64,000 nucleotides of DNA from a virus, in the IMG/VR virus record IMGVR_UViG_3300042197_002762, positions 64,001 to 128,000 of that record, one strand, 5' to 3'. Shown here piece after piece: positions 58,048 through 64,000 of this stretch. The notes below the pieces were generated by a model. That model had not been told where the DNA came from. It made no database searches and saw only the letters and a program-made list of their open reading frames with translations. Positions within the stretch are counted from its first letter, which is position 1. Each line of letters starts with the position of its first letter. A program made the position numbers and the translations under genes.

Positions 58048-58260
58048 TTAATAATAAAATAATTCTCTATTAAATGCCCAACCAGTCAACATAAAAAGCC
58101 CCATTTGTAAAAATGAGGCCCAACAAAGGGGTGGATCTAATTTAAAACCAAAACCCATACGAGCAGAAAAAAGACAAAAAGAAACCGTTAATAATATCAT
58201 GGCAACAACTAGCATTGAATTAACCATTATTTTAATTGTTTTTTTAGTTTGCTTTTTCAT
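58048..58260 (-). CDS. small two-TM membrane protein (holin-like candidate)
   Basis: Basic N-terminus, two hydrophobic helices. Confidence 0.45.
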   Translation of the reverse strand: MKKQTKKTIKIMVNSMLVVAMILLTVSFCLFSARMGFGFKLDPPLCWASFLQMGLFMLTGWAFNRELFYY

Positions 58261-58585
58261 TTCGCCTTGATTCCAAAATAGCCACCATTTGTTCTAATTG
58301 TCTTAATCTTATTTCAATAAGTTCTAATGTTTTTGTTTGAGAAATGTCTACTTGATTTTTGATTTCTAACTGTCCAAGAATAAGTTCGATTCTTTGAACT
58401 TTTTCAGAGGTTTTAGAATATTCTGATTTTGTAATAAAATTATTTTGTAAATATAAACTAGCAACCATAAAAGCTAAAATTGCTAATTTCCATATATTAT
58501 CAAAAGAAAAAAAATCTGATAAATGAATGGGCTTTGGGTTATTGTGAGCAATAATTTTTTTTGTATTTTTATTAGAAGTAAGCAT
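58244..58585 (-). CDS. single-TM plus coiled-coil protein
   Basis: IWKLAILAFMVASLYL followed by heptad-like region; GTGTAA upstream. Confidence 0.55.
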   Translation of the reverse strand: MLTSNKNTKKIIAHNNPKPIHLSDFFSFDNIWKLAILAFMVASLYLQNNFITKSEYSKTSEKVQRIELILGQLEIKNQVDISQTKTLELIEIRLRQLEQMVAILESRRNEKAN

Positions 58586-58609
58586 AATAAAGATATAGTA
58601 TATTATATA

Positions 58610-58615
58610 TTACAC
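58610..58615 (-). promoter_or_regulatory. GTGTAA putative late-promoter motif
   Basis: Divergent intergenic gap, 24 nt before ATG 58585. Confidence 0.45.
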
Positions 58616-58619
58616 ATAA

Positions 58620-59279
58620 ATGGCTTATATTAATACAGATATTCCTATATTTTCAGCTTATTTAGATACAAGTTTTCTGTATGATAAAGCGCCACGCTCT
58701 ACAAATGAGTATATAATTGTTGAAGTTTTCGGATTTACTTCTTTAAATCGCCGTTGCGCCTTGTTTTCTGTAATGACGGACATGGGCAGTATTCATGCCC
58801 GTGTTCCAATACATTATTTAACAGATATACTGCCAGAAGAAGGGCTTACAAATTTTCCTCTGGATTGGCTTGAATTATGGGATTGTTATTCTCCTTATGT
58901 GACTGTTAATAGGTATGAGTATCTTAAGAATAGCGCTTGTAAAATTTTATTAAAAAATAAAGAATGGCATGATGCTACATACCTAATGACTTTTGATTGG
59001 GCTTACGGACCACATCATCAAACAGGACAAAGTGAAAATCCAGGGGGGCATAAACAAGGGCATCTTTTAATAGGTAAAGGTGGTCAATTCTTTTTCCAAC
59101 CTGGAAATCGCATTGTTTGGCGCGACGGTGGTGCATTCATTGGTAAGGAACTAAAAGGTCATGAAAAATGGAAAGTTTTTAGTAAAGAATTTTCTTGTGA
59201 ACAAACTGGTAGTCGCTGGTTTGCTGGTGATGAAGAATTATATTTTTATCAATTTGAGCCTAATAAAGATAAGTCTTGA
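58620..59279 (+). CDS. hypothetical protein
   Basis: 219 aa, Trp/aromatic-rich. Confidence 0.65.
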   Translation: MAYINTDIPIFSAYLDTSFLYDKAPRSTNEYIIVEVFGFTSLNRRCALFSVMTDMGSIHARVPIHYLTDILPEEGLTNFPLDWLELWDCYSPYVTVNRYEYLKNSACKILLKNKEWHDATYLMTFDWAYGPHHQTGQSENPGGHKQGHLLIGKGGQFFFQPGNRIVWRDGGAFIGKELKGHEKWKVFSKEFSCEQTGSRWFAGDEELYFYQFEPNKDKS

Positions 59280-59304
59280 ATATTAATTCAATTAATTATA
59301 ATAT
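59276..59304 (+). promoter_or_regulatory. sigma-70-type promoter
   Basis: TTGAAT-N17-TAATAT, ATG 8 nt downstream. Confidence 0.55.
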
Positions 59305-59312
59305 CTTCAACA

Positions 59313-59936
59313 ATGAATAATACTGTTGAACTAATTGGTTATTACGGTTCTGATGAAATAATTGCTTGTTCAGCCTGGACTTCCACTTCTCGTAATTTAA
59401 CAGAAGAAAAACGTGAGAGAATCGAGGGATTGATTAACATGCTTTGGTCGAATGGTCACGAAACCCCATTTGAAAAAGGTATTGTTCATTTTTTAGTAAA
59501 TACAGATATTGCTACTCATATTCACCTCCTTAAACATCGTATTTCAAGTATTAATGCTGAATCAGCACGTTATAAAGAACTAAAAGAGGATAAATATTAT
59601 GTGCCCGATGACTGGCCTTTTGAATGGATTGAAAAATTAGAGAATTATACAGGACAAGGTCTAAAATTATACCATGAATGTATTGATAACCTTACTAAAC
59701 ATTATGGTATAGACCGTAAACGCGCAAAAGAAACTGCACGATTTTTTCGTGGATATAATACACAAATCGAAGCTGATATTATGTTTAATATGCGTAGTTT
59801 TGCTAATTTTTTAAAATTGCGCGATAGCGAACACGCTCAGAAAGAAATATGTGATATTGCCCAACAAATGGCGCAAGCTGTTAAGTCTATAGAAAATAGA
59901 CCTTTTAAATTTACTTTAAAAGCTTTTGGGTATTAA
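59313..59936 (+). CDS. thyX: FAD-dependent thymidylate synthase
   Basis: GHETPFE; HLLKHRISSINAESARY (RHRx7SxR motif with K for first R); MRSFANFLKLR. Confidence 0.92.
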   Translation: MNNTVELIGYYGSDEIIACSAWTSTSRNLTEEKRERIEGLINMLWSNGHETPFEKGIVHFLVNTDIATHIHLLKHRISSINAESARYKELKEDKYYVPDDWPFEWIEKLENYTGQGLKLYHECIDNLTKHYGIDRKRAKETARFFRGYNTQIEADIMFNMRSFANFLKLRDSEHAQKEICDIAQQMAQAVKSIENRPFKFTLKAFGY

Positions 59937-60514
59937 GGAAGGCTAATCTTGACAAGAGCATAGCCATTTTCATCTAAACGGCTTAAGAACTTACCAATAA
60001 CCACAATACCATCTGTCCCGATACGGCCATTTGAGCCAACATAAGCGGCATCCCCAATATCAGGATTACCGCCTCCGCCACCACGATTTGTTGTATCAAT
60101 GTCATTAACAAGAATAAGACCTCTTGTTAATACTGGAACAGCTTGAATATCTTTAATAATAACATCCATTTCGGCGGCTTTACGTGAATTAAAAATTAAT
60201 TTTTCTCCATTTTCATCAAATTCACGGATATCTTTAAGCAATACACCAATAGCGGTAGGAACATCGTCGTGACCTACAACTGGCTCAACTTGACCAACTA
60301 ATTCAAAATTTTGGGTTACCGTATTTGGGTAAGTAGCACCTGGAGCAGAAGCGCCTAAATCTAATGGGCCAGCAGTCTTTTTATCTGTAGCTCCTACTGA
60401 TTTCCAGCTTCTTTTTGGTTTCACAAGAGTTCCTTTATTTGCAATGGCTGTGCATGCAAAAAAGTTTAAAACTTCATGTTCATTATAATCTCTAAATGGA
60501 AGTAAGTTTGGCAT
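59933..60514 (-). CDS. hypothetical protein, possible capsid decoration/cement protein
   Basis: LLPFRDYNEHEV..GVLLKD..DENGEKL..AVPVLTRG; short beta-rich; weak. Confidence 0.4.
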   Translation of the reverse strand: MPNLLPFRDYNEHEVLNFFACTAIANKGTLVKPKRSWKSVGATDKKTAGPLDLGASAPGATYPNTVTQNFELVGQVEPVVGHDDVPTAIGVLLKDIREFDENGEKLIFNSRKAAEMDVIIKDIQAVPVLTRGLILVNDIDTTNRGGGGGNPDIGDAAYVGSNGRIGTDGIVVIGKFLSRLDENGYALVKISLP

Positions 60515-60520
60515 ATACTC

Positions 60521-60549
60521 ATATTACACTTCGAAAATCAATTTGTCTA
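60521..60549 (-). promoter_or_regulatory. overlapping sigma-70-type promoter and GTGTAA motif
   Basis: TAGACA-N17-TAATAT with ATG 6 nt downstream; GTGTAA at 60529-60524. Confidence 0.6.
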
Positions 60550-60557
60550 CTTTTTTT

Positions 60558-61466
60558 TTAAAATAAATTATTTAATTTATTAATATTAATAATACCATGC
60601 CCAAATAAATTATCCTTACCAATAGGTCCATAATCGTCACAACTTTGTGTTAAAATACTTTTTAATTCTTCTATTGTGTATTGCTTATTTTGTTTTTTAG
60701 CCTCTGAAAGAATAATGGCGACAAGACCAGATAAAAATGGAGCCGCAAAACTAGTTCCATTTACAATCGAATATTGATTATTTAAATTAGTTGTTAATAT
60801 ATTTTCCCCAGGTAGCGCAAAATCTGCATTATTACTTCTCGATGAAAAATTCGATATATTTCTATCTTTTCTATACGAGGTAACCCCTATTGTTTCTGTA
60901 TAATCGGCAGGAAAACATGAATAATTTTCACCATAATTACCCATTGCACAAATTACCGGAATATTTAATTTATACAATTCTTTTAATAAATCATGAAAGA
61001 TTTCTCCTTGCGGTGATTTACCACCTAAAGACATATTAACTATATCGGGTTTAATTTCTATTGCATATCGTAGTGAATTTTCTAAACTAATATTATTACC
61101 AAAACCTTTATTGGACAATGTTTTGACTGGAATAATTTTAGAATGAGGTGCGACACCTACCACTCCGAAACCCGAATCTTTTGCGGATATAACTCCAGCT
61201 ACAGAAGTTCCATGACCTTGGTGGTCACTATAATCCTCATTTTTTATAAAACTTCTGGCTTTCTCAAAATCGATATTATCTTTTAAATCTTCATGGTCGG
61301 TGATTCCAGTATCACAAACCATAACGGAAATATTTTCACCTTTATTTTTATTCCATAATTTTGGAACATCGATGTCAATTATACCCCAATCTACAATATC
61401 TGATAAAGTTGCAACGTCACCAGTTTCAATTATTTCATCACCTGGTAATAAATATTTTTTGCTCAC
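60558..61466 (-). CDS. subtilisin-like (S8) serine protease without signal peptide or prodomain
   Basis: Catalytic triad VCDTG, HGTSVAG, GTSFAAP; oxyanion AMGN; likely GTG start 61466 (ORF track 61490). Confidence 0.92.
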   Translation of the reverse strand: MSKKYLLPGDEIIETGDVATLSDIVDWGIIDIDVPKLWNKNKGENISVMVCDTGITDHEDLKDNIDFEKARSFIKNEDYSDHQGHGTSVAGVISAKDSGFGVVGVAPHSKIIPVKTLSNKGFGNNISLENSLRYAIEIKPDIVNMSLGGKSPQGEIFHDLLKELYKLNIPVICAMGNYGENYSCFPADYTETIGVTSYRKDRNISNFSSRSNNADFALPGENILTTNLNNQYSIVNGTSFAAPFLSGLVAIILSEAKKQNKQYTIEELKSILTQSCDDYGPIGKDNLFGHGIININKLNNLF

Positions 61467-61474
61467 ATAAATTA

Positions 61475-61480
61475 TTACAC
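61475..61480 (-). promoter_or_regulatory. GTGTAA putative late-promoter motif
   Basis: 8 nt before GTG 61466. Confidence 0.45.
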
Positions 61481-62280
61481 TAAATACCAAGATATTTATT
61501 CATAGAAAATATATTTTTTAAAACAAGTTTATTTGATTTACTACCTTGTAAATGACAGATATTTTTTATATACGCTTCTTTACTAATTACGGCCAAATTT
61601 CTTGTTTGATGTAAATATGATGAAAATTCTTGTTTATAATGTTTTAATAATTGGAATATCCAAACTTGTTCTAACAATAAAGCGGGCATAAATGGCATAA
61701 AATTTAAAGATTCTTTACTGTTTAATTTTTGATTAATGCTTTGTTTATTTTCTATAATAAAATTAATGATCTCTTCGCATATATCTTGTATTAATTTGAA
61801 ATTTTTACCACCAAATAGGGCACAATTATAAGACCTATTTATAAACGATTTTGTATTGCTTGGCCTTAATTCAAAATAATTTTGATATTCTTCTACCAAA
61901 GGATCTAAATGAAATTCATTGTGATAGAAAACAACCTCTTTATTTAAAAAATCTTGATCAAAATTTTTAAACAAAAATATATCATAGTCCATATGAATAA
62001 AAGGCTCGTTTATTCTTAATAAAGAAAATAATTTACCTATACTCCACATTTGGTCAGGTATCTCATTAAATCTATCGTCATTTAATTCATGGTGCTCATT
62101 AAATTTAATATCTTCAAATGATTCCAAAGATTTTTTGTCTCCATAAAAACAGGTTTTGTAACCATGGCTTTGGACTAAAAAATTAGACAATTTTGCCATT
62201 TCTAAATTAATTTTTAACTTTTCATCGTTCATGCCATTTTTGAATCTAGACATATATACGTTACTAAAAACAGTCTTCAT
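61480..62280 (-). CDS. putative nucleotide-sugar transferase (DUF6734-like, DxD)
   Basis: WSIGKLFSL..EPFIHMDYDIFL; YNCALFGG; LLEQ. Confidence 0.6.
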   Translation of the reverse strand: MKTVFSNVYMSRFKNGMNDEKLKINLEMAKLSNFLVQSHGYKTCFYGDKKSLESFEDIKFNEHHELNDDRFNEIPDQMWSIGKLFSLLRINEPFIHMDYDIFLFKNFDQDFLNKEVVFYHNEFHLDPLVEEYQNYFELRPSNTKSFINRSYNCALFGGKNFKLIQDICEEIINFIIENKQSINQKLNSKESLNFMPFMPALLLEQVWIFQLLKHYKQEFSSYLHQTRNLAVISKEAYIKNICHLQGSKSNKLVLKNIFSMNKYLGI

Positions 62281-62324
62281 ATTTTTATTATACTTATAAG
62301 ATGTATTTACATATAATATTTGTA

Positions 62325-62597
62325 ATGATAAAAGTAGTAAATCATTTATTTGGAAACGATTTAATAAAAAACAATTTTTATTTATCGCAATTCAAGAATA
62401 TTATATTTGATACAGACGATATTGATTTAGTAAAAGTACAGATATATTCACGTTTTATGGAGAATTTTGATATTTATAATGTTCAATTTAAATTTGAGAA
62501 AGTTAAAGATTTACCCACTGATGATGAATTTACCATGTTTATTTCAAAATATCAAATAGCGTGGGATAAATTATATTTAGAAAATATTGAATATTAA
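62325..62597 (+). CDS. hypothetical protein
   Basis: ORF track start 62301; ATG 62325 is an alternative. Confidence 0.55.
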   Translation: MIKVVNHLFGNDLIKNNFYLSQFKNIIFDTDDIDLVKVQIYSRFMENFDIYNVQFKFEKVKDLPTDDEFTMFISKYQIAWDKLYLENIEY

Positions 62598-62612
62598 ACT
62601 TATATATAGATA

Positions 62613-63101
62613 ATGGATTTACAACAACTTCTAAATATGGAACAGTTAGACGGATTACATCTTGATGTAATGTTTGGGGCTGTACCAAAACGTCTTGTGG
62701 GAGATGTTTCGAAAAAGTTTAATAAACGTAAAACAAAAAATTTGTTTTATATTATTTTCGGAGTTTATTTAAAAGAGTCTAATCAATATATTGTTTTTAC
62801 GAGCGTATTTAAATCTTCAAAGAAAAAGGTTGATGGGCAATGGTTTTCTGAAGTTATGGTAGATTCCGCAGTGTTTGAAGATAAGCAAAAAGTTCTTGAT
62901 TATCTTTATGATTTCATGGACCATTTTGAAGATCACGATAGAATTATTAATGAAGAAATAATGAGTATGGGAATGATGCCAGCAATTGATGCTTTTCATT
63001 ATTTGCTAGTTTGGAATAAAGGTATTTTTGATTATTTCAATGTATTTATTGAGAGCGAAAATAAAAAAAGATCTGGACTTTTTAAGAAATTATTGGGATA
63101 A
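62613..63101 (+). CDS. hypothetical protein
   Basis: 162 aa ORF. Confidence 0.65.
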   Translation: MDLQQLLNMEQLDGLHLDVMFGAVPKRLVGDVSKKFNKRKTKNLFYIIFGVYLKESNQYIVFTSVFKSSKKKVDGQWFSEVMVDSAVFEDKQKVLDYLYDFMDHFEDHDRIINEEIMSMGMMPAIDAFHYLLVWNKGIFDYFNVFIESENKKRSGLFKKLLG

Positions 63102-63109
63102 TATCTATT

Positions 63110-63328
63110 ATGTATTGGCCATCTATGCAAGTATTAAAAAGTAGTGAGCTTTGGAAAAAGCTTGATAAAAAAATGAAATGGACTTTTATGGGAATGTGGA
63201 CCGTTGAAGATTCGCAAATGCATTCCGATCATCCAGAATATAAAGTAGAGCCAAATATGGCTTATCTCAACAAAAGAAAAACAGGTTTTAAACCTCGCCT
63301 ACAAAGAGACGAAGAATCGGAAGATTAA
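63110..63328 (+). CDS. hypothetical protein
   Basis: 72 aa; stop overlaps convergent stop. Confidence 0.6.
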   Translation: MYWPSMQVLKSSELWKKLDKKMKWTFMGMWTVEDSQMHSDHPEYKVEPNMAYLNKRKTGFKPRLQRDEESED

Positions 63329-63663
63329 TTTTGATAGGTAATATAAGCAAACACTGGAGCATTTCCAGATGTAGCCGCTAGTCTAATCTCAGCTATTGGA
63401 GAATCAAAAAAGATAGGATCTCCATAACCAGCCCCAACCCCAGTTGCTGTGTAAAAAGAGACAGCTTCTGCTGAACCACCCGCTAAAAACATTGGGTTTT
63501 GATTTAATTGTGTTTTAGCCTGTAAATCAATATTAACACTAGAACCACTAGCATAAACTACAATAAAACCATTTTTACATAATGCTGTGTTTACCCATTG
63601 ACCAGTAAAAGGAGCTACTTGTCCAGTTGCCAAATATTCTGTTTTAATAAGAGAAGGATTCAT
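63325..63663 (-). CDS. small beta-rich hypothetical (possibly virion) protein
   Basis: 112 aa; GTGTAA 10 nt upstream. Confidence 0.6.
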   Translation of the reverse strand: MNPSLIKTEYLATGQVAPFTGQWVNTALCKNGFIVVYASGSSVNIDLQAKTQLNQNPMFLAGGSAEAVSFYTATGVGAGYGDPIFFDSPIAEIRLAATSGNAPVFAYITYQN

Positions 63664-63673
63664 TACTTTTTAT

Positions 63674-63679
63674 TTACAC
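63674..63679 (-). promoter_or_regulatory. GTGTAA putative late-promoter motif
   Basis: Divergent intergenic gap, GTGTAAATA 10 nt before ATG 63663. Confidence 0.5.
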
Positions 63680-63720
63680 ATAAAATAGATAGTTTATATT
63701 TTAAAAATTAAAATAATTAA

Positions 63721-64000
63721 ATGAATCGAGAGAAAACAATACAATTTTTACGTCAAATTTGTTTGCAATATGATGTAAAAGTTAAATTTAGGTCACGTTT
63801 TCATAAAGATCTTGATGGTGAAGCAGATGTTGAAAATGAAATAATTTATATAGATAAAAAACTAACAAGAAAAGCTATGGCAGAAGCAGTATTTCACGAA
63901 CTAGGACATATATACTGTTACAGAAAAGGGATTTGGAAAAAATTCCATAAAGAACATGATTATTCAGCAATTAAATCTTTCAAAGCTGAAAATTGGATTG
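63721..64000 (+). CDS. HExxH zincin-like (ImmA/IrrE-type) metallopeptidase, truncated by window end
   Basis: MNREKTIQFL...IIYIDKKL...AVFHELGHIY; open to 64000; absent from ORF track. Confidence 0.7.
   Translation, partial: MNREKTIQFLRQICLQYDVKVKFRSRFHKDLDGEADVENEIIYIDKKLTRKAMAEAVFHELGHIYCYRKGIWKKFHKEHDYSAIKSFKAENWI

Noticed and set aside
58048-58585. Complete lysis cassette
   Set aside because: Membrane proteins are holin-like only by topology and no endolysin was recognised nearby
936-63000. Numerous 60-140 aa ORFs nested antisense or out of frame within long genes
   Set aside because: Fully overlapped by well-supported genes, with no motifs or promoters of their own
1-64000. Stop-codon reassignment
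   Set aside because: Recognisable enzymes are full length under the standard code; TAG and TGA serve as real stops at tight junctions
1-64000. Bacterial chromosome/prophage or eukaryotic giant virus origin
   Set aside because: No ribosomal or housekeeping operons and no integrase; TMP, sigma factor and sigma-70 promoters indicate a tailed bacteriophage

Overview
A 64-kb, very AT-rich, gene-dense fragment of a large tailed dsDNA bacteriophage (jumbo-like), standard genetic code. No tRNA, CRISPR array, integrase or transposase was seen. 1-27.4 kb (+) is a tail/virion module: a 2516-aa tape-measure protein (TMP), hub/baseplate-like proteins, and fibre/adhesin proteins with LamG, beta-propeller, discoidin, Ig-like, Cys-rich, poly-Ser and Pro-Ser segments. 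27.4-44.8 kb holds ssDNA-binding/annealing candidates, a phage sigma-70-family factor, class II RNR, RecA and a large dispersed glycan-synthesis set (GT4 x2, split GT9, GT2, GT32, GT47-like, three methyltransferases, Gmd, RmlC). 44.8-53.2 kb is a bacterial-type replisome (dNMP kinase, DnaB, primase, dCMP deaminase, PD-(D/E)xK nuclease, and Pol III alpha spread over PHP, exonuclease and polymerase genes). 53.2-64 kb is accessory: HExxH-VWA protein plus AAA+ ATPase, ThyX, a subtilisin protease, membrane proteins. Most notable: (1) five G[YF][IV]PNFA motifs in the TMP bracket cassettes containing two paralogous restriction-endonuclease-fold domains and an ADP-ribosyltransferase-like domain; (2) a twin cGAAg-triloop DNA hairpin with tandem G.A pairs lies at the divergence point before the sigma/replication genes; (3) there are two promoter classes, leaderless sigma-70-type and a GTGTAA motif; (4) giant poly-Ser linkers in virion proteins co-occur with a glycosylation toolkit. 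All family assignments come from motif recognition by eye, not database searches.
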